DNA from: Vicugna vicugna
Lineage: Eukaryota
Assembly: GCA_013265495.1 (NCBI GenBank)
Contig: MU057719.1
Coordinates: forward strand, 870,001 to 930,000
DNA length: 60,000 nucleotides
Direction: 5' to 3'
Below the pieces are notes generated by a model that was not told the origin of the DNA, did no database searches, and saw nothing but the letters and a program-made list of their open reading frames with translations. Positions 12,583 to 25,600 of the stretch are shown in pieces. The first letter of the stretch is position 1; each line of letters opens with the position of its first letter. Position numbers and translations under genes: made by a program.

Positions 12583-15500
12583 AGCAAGCTGCCGGCTCCC
12601 AGCGACTTGCTGCCGAAGGGCTCAGAGAGCAGCCAGCTGCCCCACGCCAGGACTCTCTGGCTCACCAGCCCCATACCTGGGCCCATCCTGTCACCCTTGG
12701 CGACACCCAGCCCACTGGAAGCGCAGACTTTCCTAACCTCAGGCATCTGGCTGCCCTGGCATCCCTGGAAGGTGGGGGGCAGAGTTGGGGGAGTGTCGGG
12801 AGGCGAAGAAGGAAAAACCCCAAATGGAACCACAATATTTACAAAATGGGTCACTGAATTACACAGAACAACATTTCCCCGGAGGACGCAGTTCCTTCCT
12901 GGACGAGCTTCGCGCAGATGCCTGCGCCGGCCTCAGGCGCTGCGGAGGGGGCTCCGCGGAAGCAGGGAGGGGGCCGCTGGAACCGAGTCGGAAGCCACAG
13001 GGCATTTTCTCAGGCGCCGGTCAGAGATGCAGCAGGGGGCCCACACACACTCGGCCCCACCCCGTGTGGGCTGGGGGCAGGGCCGAGGCCTCAGGCAAGG
13101 TCCAGAGAGAATTCTCCCCACCCTGCTCCCCGGGGATGGACGATGGCTTCTTTGCTCATCTAGGCTTCCCTGCACCCCCCAGACTGGAAGCCACCTCTGG
13201 GGGGAGTGGGGGCGATTGCCTGGGGTCGGTGGACACGGGTCTCACACCGGGAGGGGAGGGGCCGAGGGCTCTGTTCTGACTCCGCCAGCCTCGGGGAGGG
13301 TGTGAGGAGGGTTGTGGGGCCTGGGACCCCCAGAGGCCCCCAGCCCAGGGAGGAGGGAGGAAGAAAGGGAAGGAGAAGAGAGGGAGGAGTGAGGGAGGAG
13401 GGGGGATGAGTAGGACTGAGCGCAGAGCCACCAAGCTCCCTGGGCATCCGTCCATTCACCCCACTTCCCCACAGTGTCTGGCACACGGGAAGGGTCTTGG
13501 TAAGTTACTTGCTCAATGAGAGGCAGGGAGTCTGGAGCCTCCAGTCCTGAGGGTCTGCACGGCCTCCACACCCCCAGAAACGCGCATCTTCCTTTGCCCG
13601 GAGCCCAAGAAAAGGCCGCTGTGGGGCAGAAAGGCAAAGACGACCCCGGGCAGAGACCACCCCCTCCCTGCCCCGCCCCGCCCCAACCCCCCTGCTTCCT
13701 TCCTGACGACTTAAGGAGAATATAGATCAGAAATGAAGGGAAAGAAGATAAATAGTAAACGATCAGAGAAGTTCTCTCTTGGTAATGAGATCTGTGCTGA
13801 TCCACAATCAAAATTTCCCACGTTAAAACACCTTCGCCTCCTGTGCCCCGATGGGAACCCAAAGGCATCGCACTGCAGATGGTGTAATTCTGGTTTTGGC
13901 CACCAGGTGGAGGCCGAGATCAGCGCATCCCGCCTCAGCCCTGGAGAGGGAGCGGGCTTCCTCCGAGGGTTTTCTAGGTTCCAGGAGGAGGGGAAGAAAC
14001 AGACACAGAGGGAGACGGCCCGCTGCGGAGGCGACCGCAGAACGCCCACCCACTGGTGCCCAGAACACAACAATACCCAGAAGCAGGTGTTGCCGTCCTC
14101 CTTTGATGTCAGCAGAAACCAAGGTGTGGAACGAAGGGCCTTGTTTTGTCGACCTTTGCACGGCCAGCACGCTCAGAGCCTGGGCTGGAACCTTCATTTC
14201 ATGGCTCACTTTTACTCCACAAATACCCACGGGTCACCTGGCTTTATCTGCAACACTCAGGGAGGTAAGGGAAGGATGGGGACCGAGCCCAAGCCCTGCA
14301 GCAAACCAGGATGGGACAGAGCTGAGCCGATGCTGCCCCAGGCCTCTCGGCCCACCTTCCACGGTGGGCGCGAGGCCCCAGCCACGGCCTTCTGCAGCAG
14401 AGCACAGGGCTCACCCGCATTCCTGCCCTCCAGTCAAGGGGGTGCTTGGGGGCCTCCTGGGAACTCACTGGGGCAGCCATGGGCACACACTGAGGGCTTG
14501 TCGCAGTTTGGCCCGGGGGTAGCTGGCCACCACCATGCCTGGCTCTGATCCTGCGGTGCCACTCCTGCCTGTACCACGCCCAGCCCCGGGACCCCCCCAC
14601 TCCCTGCTCAAGAACCTCCTTAGCAGGAGCCTTGGAGGGGCCTGTCCCGCACCAGCCACGCTGAGAGCAGGAGGAACAGCAGGACCAGGGCTGCAGCCAA
14701 GGTCAGGGAGGGCACCAGGTCCGAGTCCTCGGGGCCAGGGATGCCATCGGCCGGGGCACGGTTAGGGACGGCAGGAGCGCCGGACAGCTGGGTGTCAGAG
14801 ACCTTCTCCCCAGGGGGCCCTGGCCGGCCCATCTGTGAGAAGGAGGCGAGGGACAGGACTGCCTCTGGGAAGGGGCCGACCACCCATCCTCTGCCTGTCC
14901 CTCCCATCCCCCTCCCTCAGGAACCCCGACATAGCAGGAGTGAGAGGCCAAGAGGTGACCCTGGGCAGTGACTCTCTGAGCCTCAGTTGTTTCCTCTGTA
15001 AAATGGGGATGCTGAGACCACCATGGGAGGATGAGGACCGAACGAGACAGCCCCTGGGCTACCGGCATTCCCTCCAACTCCTCACCTTCTCCCTGGATTT
15101 GATGGGAGGCTGGGCAGTCAAGTTCAGCCCCACTGACTTCCTCGGAGGCCTTTTGCCCTGGGCCAGGGAGGCCGGAATGCAGCTCGGCCAGTTTCCTGGG
15201 CAGCGGGAAGCCAGCAGATCTGTCTGGAGGGACCTTTGTCAAACTGCAGGAGGAACTGTATCAAAGGCACCAGCCTCTCTCTGCTGACATGGCAGCAAAG
15301 GAAGTGGGCACCAGGTCACACCCATCTTACGGATGGGGAAAGTGAGGCTCCATAAAGGAAGTGGCTCCTTGGAGCAGGCCTCTTGAGAAGCCTCAGGGTT
15401 GGGCGGAGGGGGTCATGGCAGCCCAAGGCCCTGTCCTCAGGCTCCTCTTCTGTACAGGGATAGTTTGGACTTGTTAAGTTCTGGTGCCCTCAGTCAGCCA

Positions 15501-16297
15501 GCGAGGTCCAGGGAACGAAGTTGTCTCTGCCCGGCCCCTCCCCAACCCTGGCAGTTCTGCAGGACGTTTACCTTCCAGCCGTGGGGGCTCCCAAGTCCTA
15601 GGAGAGGCCTGCCCCGGAGCTGCCACGTTCCCCAGGGGCAGGCACCGGTGAGCAGCAGCCTGAGTGGATTCACAAGGGGCCCTTCCTCTAAAGAACCACT
15701 TCTCAGGGGGCCTCCCCCAGGGAGGGGCTGGAGCTGGGGGCGGAGCCTCCGAGTGGGTGTGTCCAGGGTGGGAAAAGCCGTTTTCCCAGGCCCAGCAGAG
15801 CCAGCTGCCCCCAGTCCCAGGCCAGTGCTTTCTGCTACCCCTAAGCTGAGACTCCCTACATGGGGGCTGGGGGAGGCTAAGGACGAGGGGCAGGTTCTAA
15901 ATTCAAGTCGGAAAGGGGCTTCCTGGCCCCGGCTGTGTGCCCATGCTGTGCCAGGCACCGGCAGGGTGGAAGAGGGGGATAGTTGCACGTCACCCCCAGA
16001 GGCCAGGCTCCCCAGCAGGGCAGACCCAGGTGAGAGTGGGCAGGAGAGAAGATGGGAGGGTTAAGGGCCTGAGGACCACAGAAGTGTCCTGAAGGAAGTT
16101 ACCTTTTAAGGGCAAAGGTAGCCATCACGTTGCTAATTTTAAAAGCAAGAACGTTTGAAATAACCTTAATGCTCATGACAGCAGATTCATAAGCGAGTCC
16201 AGGTTCGTCCACTCAAGAAGCTTAAAAAGTTAAGACAGGGTTAGTTATGAGGAGAGTCACACAGCTTAATTTTTTTAGCCCCCAAACTTAAAATAAC

Positions 16298-16785
16298 CTG
16301 CCCAGGAGAAGGAAATTTCCCCTTACCCCTTCCTGGTTTCTTTCGGCTCGTCTAGTCATTTAATTGACACAAGACAGATTAACAGGAGGGAAAAAACAAC
16401 TTAAATTTCATATATAAGGAGGTCTTACAGGACCCAAAGAAATGACCAAAGCAGGCAGCTTTTCTACTTTTTAGGCAAAAAAAAAAAATTATGAAGAACT
16501 GACAAGACAAAGAAACTTCAGGCTTGAGTACTAATCAGTGAAGGAACTTAACAGAGTGTTACACAGCCTCTTGCCCTGAATTCTCCGTCTCTGGCGATGA
16601 TGTCTCTCTGCCTCCTGGTGCGGGGAAGGTGTCTTCCACATGGGAAATTTACTTCCTGCTTTCAGGGGGCCAGAGAGGAGGGTCGGCATGTCCTTTCTGC
16701 ATCCATTGTTTCTCAAGTAACTTTAATTCAAAATAATCAATATGCCACTTTGGAATATTTAGGGGTGGCTTGCCCTGAGCCCCAT
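16298..16785 (-). mobile_element. Probable ERV LTR
   Basis: AT-richer block with LTR-like terminus (ggggtggcttgccctgagcccca) and gacagattaacagg motif; recognised by eye. Confidence 0.5.
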
Positions 16786-17387
16786 GAAACCCAGATGCCC
16801 ATCAAAGGATGGAGCTCGTGCACAGCAACAAAAAGAGAACAAACCCCTGGCAACACAGCACAGACGAATCTCACAGACACGCTGAGTGGACGAAGCTGGA
16901 AAAACCAGCGTTTAATGTAAGGTTCTCTTTCTGTGAAACTCGAGAAAAGCTACATCTATTCTACGACCACAGACGACAGTGAGTAGCTTCTGGGGGTGGG
17001 GAGGGGGCACCGGCTGGAGGATGGGAATGTGCTGCGTCCTGACTGGCGGGCGGCTGGGTGATACAGTCGTCAACGCTCATAAATCTACACGCTTGAGATG
17101 GGTTCGTTTTACTGTACGCAGATTGCACCTGAATAAAGCTGACTTTGAAAGAAAAAAAAATTGGAAAAAGAGCCAGAAACAAGAGCAGTGTCCACGCAAG
17201 AGGTCCAAGAGCAAGATGAACAAGTCCACAGTGAAAGAAGTCAGGGTCATGAGGCCTCGGGAGGGCGGGTCTGACTGGGAAGGGTTACCTGGGACTTGCT
17301 AGGGTGATTAGAAGCTTCTTTCTTAGTCTGAGCCTGATTCCAAGGGTGCACACCGAGGCTTATTCATTGAGCTGTACCTTTAAGATG

Positions 17388-18075
17388 CTGTTATGGAATC
17401 CAGGTTAGGCTGCTTGCTGCTCAAAAGCCAGTACTCGAGAGACAAGTGCTGGTAGGAAATGAAAGAGTGCTTTGTTCAGGAGGCCAGCAACCAAGGGAGA
17501 AGGTGGACTCGTGTCCAAAAGCCAACTTCCCCTTTGCCAATCGGGGCAAGAGCTTTAAAAGGGGAATTTCGGGGGTGCACAGGGGGAAAGAGGGGGCTAC
17601 CTGCAGAATAGCACAGTAAGATCTGACAGTCGTCTTGAAATTGGCTTGACTGGCATCATCTTGATGGTTTTAAGTAGACTTAATCTTCAGCGTCAGGGTC
17701 AGTTTTTTCCCATTTCCTTGGAGGCCAGGTCTTGGAATTGTGCAAGATGGAGCAGCTTATGTCACGGCGACAGTCTGGTCGCCATGTAGTTAACTCTTCC
17801 ACCTGGTGAGGGCTTCAGTATCTGTAAAACAGCTGAAAGGCTATGGCTCAGAATGTTACCGACTGCCTTTGAGGAGGACCTGCGGGTCCTCGGCTTTGTG
17901 TAATGACTGAACTATTATTGTTTCGTCCTGTTTGCTTTTCTTTGCTTCTGCATTTTTTCCATTTCTCTGATTACATGTATTCTTTGGCTTCAGTTTTTCT
18001 ACAGACCAGAGACAGGAGGAGGACATAGGGGTGGGAGGGGATCTGTCCTGGGAAGGCCTCGTACAGCCCAGCTTC
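17388..18075 (-). mobile_element. Probable ERV LTR
   Basis: Begins tgttatggaatccagg, interrupts an L1-like fragment, LTR-like composition; recognised by eye. Confidence 0.55.
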
Positions 18076-18749
18076 CTTTCGATGTGTCATATCTCAGTTT
18101 TCAAAACATGGCCATGAGGACTATGCAACATTCTAGCAAGAGTCACTATTTACTAGGTGTGCCTGGGTCCAAAGCCGAGGCCCTCGTGGCAGGGAAATGC
18201 TTTAAATACAGTGTGAAGTGTCAGATACACAGTCAATGGGCAAATATGTAAAAACAGACACATGGGGGAAAGACAGGAAGGAAAGGCACTAACATGCCAG
18301 CAGGGAGAGGCTGCTGCCAGTGGGTGTGCCTTTCCCATGTCTCTGTTTTCTCTGTTCTAATATGGTTATATTTCAATGGTAATAAAAGGGAATTATAACA
18401 ACTTTTTAAAACCTGTTCCTATTTTGATATCTAAAATTTGGAAATAACCCAAAGGACCTGCTAAAAAACAAAATAGACGTGGTACACCCCTGCAGCAGAA
18501 TGGAGCCTGATCCAGCCCTTCTTTCTGAAAAAAATCCAAAGGGAGACCTGGAACTAGCAACTCAGTTATTTTTGGAGAATGGGTTTCCAGGGAATTTTTC
18601 ATTTCTGCTTTCCTTATTTTTGAATTTTATCTTACTACCTGGATAAGCCCAAGTTACTGCTGCAATCAGAAACAGGGAAAATACAGTACAAGCCTCGCCC
18701 ACTGGAATGCCACCCCCTCCTCCTCCCACACATCCTCAACTGTGGCTGT

Positions 18750-19600
18750 CCCGATACTCGCAAGCCCGCTTTCACCGCGTCAAGGAACAACGATGTGGCA
18801 GGCAGAGGGGAGTCAAGCGCAAGGCGGAGCGCACAGCCTTGCGGAGGGGGCCAAGCGTCCGCTCGCTGTGTGATCTTAAGAGACTTGCTGCGCCTCTCTG
18901 GCATCAGTTTCCTCCTGCCTGTAGCAGCTGAGCCCGGGGGCGGGATGCAGTCTGCGCCCCAGTGCTGATACCCGGCTCCGACCCAAATGTGGACACAGGC
19001 GAATGGGAAAGGGCCCTGCACGATCTTCAAGCGTCTCCCTCCGTGAGGGGTTCCCTTCGGCTTGGCGAACCCCGGGGCCTCCAGGGGCGCACGAGGCGCG
19101 AGCCGCATTCCGGGAAAACCCTGCCGCCCCGCCCCAGCTCCGCGCCCCGGGAAAGCCCGGCCGCGCCCCGCACCCGAGCCCGCGCCCCGGGAAAGCCCGG
19201 CTGCCCCACCCGGTCGCTTCGCCCGCATCCCCAGCATCCGCACCGCTCGCGGCCGCCCCATTGGCCAGCGCCCGCTCTGCAGGGCCGCCCCGCAGCCAAT
19301 CGCGGCCGGGGGGCGGAGCTGCGGGCTCGGCCGGATGCTCAGAGCCGCTGCGTCCCGACGCGCCTCTGGCCGGAGCTGCCGCTGCCAAGAGAGGCTTGCC
19401 ATGCAGGAGCCGCTGCTGGGAACCGAGGGCCCGGACTATGACACCTTCCCAGAAAGGACGCCCCCGTCGCCGAGGGAGAGGACGGGAGTCGGGTGAGTCT
19501 CTGGCATCGAGGCTGCGGGTGGGGGCTAGGGATGGCGCTGGTGCCCTCCAGCGGGCCGCTGGCTACCATCCTGGGCCTCCGCTGACCTTCAGTAAGTCTC
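18750..19600 (+). promoter_or_regulatory. SLC2A6: SLC2A6 CpG-island promoter with kappaB-like sites, CCAAT and GC boxes
   Basis: CpG-dense; GGGAAAACCC 19112-19121, GGGAAAGCCC 19149-19158 and 19189-19198, CCAAT 19296-19300, GGGCGG 19311-19316. Confidence 0.85.
19401..19492 (+). CDS. SLC2A6: SLC2A6 exon 1 (coding part)
   Basis: gccATGc start; [18 protein letters not shown]; donor gtgagt at 19493. Confidence 0.96.
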
Positions 19601-22600
19601 CACCAAGGGTCCATACGGTCCCTTCCTGCCGCAGACAAGATCGTCTTGTTTAAGGATCTGGTCCCCCTGACTAGCAGGCCCAGGCCCCAAATGGCAGAGA
19701 CAGGGGGACTGAGGCCCAGAGAGGTCAAGGGACTGGCCTAAGGTCATGCAACAAGCCTTAGATGGCAAAGCGGGAAGCAAAAACTAAGCCTCCTCCTCTG
19801 GGGAATAGCACTCCTCCACCGGTGTCTCAGCCACCACGATGGGCTATGGGGCGACAGCCCTCATGCCCTGGGGGTTTCCCAAGGGAGCTGGTGGTGCTCA
19901 GGCCTGGGAGGTGCCAATCTGACTGACCCAGACCTTTCAAGCGCTACCCTCTAAGCAGGCAACCACTGTGATCAGGACAGGCAGCAGTTAGGTGAGGCAG
20001 GATTCAAAGACCCTGATGGCTCTGCACCTGCCTCTCCCACACACACCAGGGCCCTGCAGAACAAGAGGCTGTTCCTGGCTACCTTCGCTGCTGTGCTGGG
20101 CAATTTCAGCTTCGGGTACGCCCTGGTCTACACGTCCCCCGTCATCCCCGCCCTGGAGCACTCCTTGGATCCAAACCTGAGTCTGACCAAAACCCAGGCA
20201 TCCTGGTTTGGGGTAAGGGCAATGCTCTGAGCCCCTCTGAGAGGAGCAGAGCAGGGGAGCAGGGACCCACTGAGCTCTGTCCCCAGCTAGGAACCCCTCA
20301 AAAGCTCAGCTGTGAGACCCCTCCAGGTCCCTGGTCTGCCCCTCCCCCACCTACTCTAGACTGGAGGGGGAGGGGAGTGAGGCCAGATAATGGACCTGAA
20401 ATAAAAAGAGGAAGTGAAAGCTGATGGAGAGGGCGGGAAGGAGCAGGTGGTGAAGTGTCCTAAAGGTCTCCATCAGGTGGGGTTGAGGGTTCCCCAGACC
20501 CCCCACACCCAGAGCTGGGCTGTCACAGCAGAGCAGACACCTCCCTGGATGAGGGCGGTAGGGGAATCAGGTACAAAGGAAAGGGGCACTGCTGGGATAA
20601 GGAGGGTTCCAGGACAGATTGTGGGCATGTGGGTAGGAGAGCATGGCCCTCAGAGTCCCAAGATTCTAGAACTGCAATCTTAGTAGCCTCAAATTTATAA
20701 TTACAACATATTAGCTAACATAATAATAGCCAGTGTGTACCGAGCACTTAGTGTGGCCAGGCCTGCGCGAGGCACCTTACATGAGAGCTGGCTGACTCCA
20801 GGGCCAACCCTATGAAGTAGGTGCTACCGCTCTCCCCATAAGACAGCTGAGGAAACTGAGGCTCAGACAGGCTAAGCAGCATGCCCAAGTCACTGACTGG
20901 CTCCTACTCGCTACACTGGACAGGGAATCAGCCCCTAAATCACAGAATTCTCCTGTCTGCTACATTACAGTATCAGACACATGGCCCCACCTTCTCCCCA
21001 GGGCTGGACTCCCGTTGTGGCATCCCTGACACATGGTTGTCCCCGTGCTGCTTGCACACCGCTGGAGACAGGAGGCTCACTGCCATCTGGGGCCTGAGTC
21101 CTGCGGCCCGAGCTCCTGGGACAGCCTGGAAAAGCAGCTGTCTCTAGGCTCTGACGGGACATAGGAGGAGCCGGGTGCCCAGACATATCTGCCCTGTGCC
21201 CTTTCTCCGCAGTCCGTGTTCACCTTGGGCGCGGCGGCTGGGGGCCTCAGTGCCATGGTCCTCAACGACCTCCTGGGCCGGAAGCTCAGCATCATGTTCT
21301 CGGCTGTGCCCTCGGCAGCCGGCTACGCTCTCATGGCGGGCGCCCATGGCCTCTGGATGTTGCTCCTGGGGAGGACGCTCACAGGCTTTGCCGGGGGGCT
21401 CACAGCTGCCTGCATCCCGGTAAGGCCAGGACTACCCACCCAGCCCCCCCGCTGCCTTGGGGTTTGTCCTGACCTCCATCAGCTGAGGCCTCCTGGCCCC
21501 GGAGCGCCCTGGTCAGTGGGGATGTGTCTGCCAGGGAGCCTCAGCTCACCCACACCCGGGCAGCTGATTTAGGGGAAATCAGCGGTCCCTACTCTGGACC
21601 CCCCAGACTTCCTGCCCTGAGTCCTGACAGACCCATTGCCCAATCAGAGAAAGTCCACATTGAGCAACACAATGGGAAGGAAAGGGAAGTTCCTGCCCTG
21701 CACCCTCCCCGGGACCCCTCCCCTCACCCACCCCTCCACACACCCTCTCAGGGGCCAGGCAAGTCCAGCAGGGGATGAAGACCCCCGGGAGAAGCAGAGG
21801 CCAGAGTGTGGGTGCCTTGGGCCTCCTAGTTCCCCACCCCACGTCCCCAGGTCCGCGCTGAGCGCACCCGCCCACTTGACAGTTGGGGCGGCTGAGGCCC
21901 GCAGGAGCTCATGCTGTAAGTCGCAGACAGGACGAGAGCCCGGCTGTGTTCTCAGCGGGGGCGGGGGTGTGTCTTGCAGGTGTACGTGTCTGAGATTGCT
22001 CCCCCAGGTGTTCGTGGGGCCCTGGGGGCCACACCCCAGCTCATGGCGGTGTTCGGATCACTGTCCCTCTACGCCCTTGGCAAGTACTAAGCACCTGCCA
22101 TTGCAGGCTGGGTGGGGGCAGGTGCCGCTGAGCAGAAATGGGTGGGGGAAGGGAACGAACGTGCTCCCAAATGAACCTGGGGCTGGCAGGCAAGAGACTC
22201 GGCTACTATCATGTTGTGTGCCTCTGGGCAATTCCTTGCCCCTCTCTGGTCACAAGTCCCCATTATTAACTGGGCAGTCAGGACTTCTCTTGGTCTGGCA
22301 GTCTTTAAACTGTCTTTTAACAGCAGAATGTTTCCTGTCAAATCGTCTTAACTGGGAAGTCCATATTGACAAGTGATCAGAGTGCAGCTGGTTTGGTGGG
22401 GTGGGGGTTGGTGGGGTTTGGTGGGCCTTGCTGCTCAGGCTACCCCTCTGTTACTCTGCCATGGGCCTTGAGACCCTCCAAGGACCCAGGCCTTGTGCCA
22501 GGGGCCAGGTGATCCCTGGGGCCCCTCTTGAGTAAAATCACAGAGGCCTGGAGCAGTCAGGGTAGGCTTCCTGTAGGAGGTGGCCCTGGGACTTACCCTT

Positions 22601-25600
22601 GAGGGCAGATGAGGCCGCTCCAAGGCCCCCGCGGGAGGGGGCTCTGTGCCCAGCCCAGAGCCAGCTCCTCACCCCTACCCTCACCCCCAGGCCTGTTGCT
22701 GCCGTGGCGCTGGCTGGCGGTGGCTGGGGAGGTGCCTGTGCTCATCATGGTCCTGCTGCTCAGCTTCATGCCCAACTCACCTCGCTTCCTGCTCTCGCGG
22801 GGCAGGGACTCGGAGGCGCTACAGGCGCTGGCCTGGCTTCGAGGAGCTGACGTCGACATCCGCTGGGAGTTTGGGCAGATCCAGGACAACGTTCGGAGAC
22901 AGGTGTGAAGGGGCGGGTGCCCACAGCTCTATGGGGCTGTGGCCAGTCACTCGGCCTTACGAGCCTCAGTTGCTTTTCATGGAAAATGAGGACAAACAAC
23001 AGGTCTCCCTCCAGGAATGGGGGTGGGGGCGGCGGGATGCCGGGGCCTCTGGCCCAGGGCACAGGCGCTGTGCAGCGGATGCCTGGGGACCCAGCAGCAC
23101 TGACAAGCAGGAGTCTGCCTTGGTTCACCCACTCATCCAAGAGCCTGGGTCCACACAGGGGTCCCTGGGCCTGTCCGCAGAGCCAGGGTTGCCTCCGTGC
23201 ACGGGGTATTTCCTGGAGGAGGGAAGAAGGGCACCTCCTACCCAGCCCCATGCAGCCCCAGGTGGGGTGGCGGCAGCGGGAGGGGCAGCACAGCCCCCTC
23301 AGCAGCAGCCTGGTGTCTCCAGAGCAGCCGCATATCGTGGGCCGAGGCCCGGGACCCCCACATGTACCGGCCCATCGCCATTGCCTTGCTGATGCGCTTC
23401 CTGCAGCAGCTGACAGGCATCACGCCCATCCTCGTCTACCTGCAGTCCATCTTCGACAGCACTGCCGTCCTGCTGGTGAGAGCCCAGCCCCCACCACACC
23501 ACTCTGCCCCCAGCGCCCCGTGAGGCCACTGCTTGTGCTTGCTGCGCGCCTGCTCTGTGCCAGGGCCAGGTGCCTGTGCGGGTGGAGACGTCAGAGTCTC
23601 TTAACTGTTTCTGTGCCACGCACCAGTTCTCAGAGTAATGTTTAAAATAAAAACGCAGAATTACAGGGGAAACCAGTTTTGTAGAACTGTAGACCCAGGG
23701 CACCACAGATCCCAAGTTCAGAGCACCTGCCACTCACGGAGGGAAGTCACTTCCCCGCCAAACCTCAGCTTCCTCCTCTGTGAAATGGAGATAACAGTGA
23801 GCCCCGCGTCCCAGGCTCAGAGGGAGATGAGATTTGATTACTGACAGTGCAGTTCCACAGCCAGCGTCCTGCCTGGATTCCGTGCAGTGGGAACAGCACT
23901 CACGGCCTTGCCCAGGAGGCCCCACGGGCTTGGCTGGGCGACCAGAGAAAGCCCCTGGCACCAAGCAGCCAAGCCTAGGGCCCTGAACTGGGAAGAGGGG
24001 GATGGAGAAGCAGCAGGCTGGGGCCCCTCAGCCCCAGCGACTTCCTCCCTGCAGCCCCCCAAGGATGATGCAGCCATCGTGGGGGCGGTGAGGCTCCTGT
24101 CCGTACTGATCGCCGCCCTCACCATGGACCTGGCCGGCCGCAAGGTCCTGCTCTTCATCTCAGGTGAGCATGGGCCCCCACCCACACTTAACTCATTTGC
24201 TCCTTCAGCCGCTGCTGAACGTTGTGCCAGCCCTCACGGTGGGAGCTCCGAGGGGCCTGGGTCTCCCCCAACTCGCAGGGCCCAACGCACCAGCTGCTCC
24301 AGAAAGGCCCAGGCTCATGTGAACAAACAGGCCGACAGCAACACACACACTGGGTGTGACAGGAGCCCACACGCAGCAGGCAGGAGCCACCAGTCACAGG
24401 CGGCCACGAAGGCGGCCTAACGGGGACTGGGCCGCATGGGGCACAGGGCGCTGAGGGTCCTGGCCCCGCCGTGGGCCACCTGTCTGTCCACAGCAGCCAG
24501 CATGTTCGCTGCCAACCTGACGCTGGGGCTGTACGTCCACTTTGGTCCGAAACCTCTGACCCCCAACAGCACTGTGGGCCTAGAGAGTGCGCCCCTGTGG
24601 GGCACAGAACAGCCCCCAGCCACGCCCACCGGCCTCCTCACCCTGGTGCCCCTGCTGGCCACCATGCTCTTCATCATGGGTAAGTGTGGCAGGGGCTCCA
24701 CGAGGGCCGGGGCCGGGGGCGTCCTGTGTGTGAGGTGTGGGGACAGAGAGGCTTCCCCTCGCACCCTGCAGGGCTGAGCCCGCCCGTCCCCATCTCCCGC
24801 AGGCTACGCCATGGGCTGGGGGCCCATCACCTGGCTCCTCATGTCGGAGATCCTGCCCCTGCGGGCCCGCGGTGTGGCCTCGGGGCTGTGTGTGCTGGTC
24901 AGCTGGCTCACCGCCTTCGCCCTCACCAAGTCCTTCCTGCTGGTGGTGGTGAGTGCTGGGCCCCAGGCCCTCTCTGGCCGGTGCCAGGGGCTGCACTGAG
25001 GACGTCTCCATCATGTCCCCTAAGCCTCAGCACACACTCTCCAAACTGAGGCCACGGGCCGTGGAGACACAGAGCAGCAAAGGCCCTTTCAGCACAGCAG
25101 ACAGACAGGGAACTGTCAGGAGCAGTCAGGTGGCTGACCTCCCCAGCCAGCGTCGGACCAGAGCCCCGAGGGCCACACCTGCCCGCCCCGCCTGTCACCC
25201 TTGCCCGGGCAGCCGGGCCTTCTGTCTGTGTGGGCAGACTGCACACACACGGCTCCCACCTGGCTTCACACAGCCTCCTCTTTCAGACCCCCCTCAGGCC
25301 CTGGAGTCAACCAGACCCTCCGAGTCCCAGTTCCCAACTCCCACGTGGGAGAATCTGATGGGACAGCCAGGGCATCAGGTGCGGCCAGTGGGGCAGGGCG
25401 GGGTGGGGGCACCCAGAGCGGGTAAGCCAGCTGGGAGGCAGAGTGCAGGTGGGTGGGAGGGCGATGAGCGCGCACTCCCAGCCAGGCTACAGTGGCAGGC
25501 CTCCCGTGTGCGGGCCGTGGAATGAACTACGGGCTGAGAACGAACTACGGGCGCCGGGACGGGGGAGAGAGGCAAGGGCCCGGGCCAGGGTGGCTCCGGC

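Noticed and set aside
12251..12857. His/Cys-rich ORFs resembling metal-binding proteins
   Set aside because: They are translations of a CA/TG low-complexity tract
1..16000. Many 60-280 aa ORFs and a possible MYMK 3' end expected from synteny
   Set aside because: The ORFs are Pro/Gly/Arg-rich products of GC-rich DNA on both strands with no recognisable domain, and no myomaker-like peptide was seen
24489..24500. NAGNAG tandem acceptor at SLC2A6 exon 8
   Set aside because: A common motif that would change only one Ala, with no evidence of use
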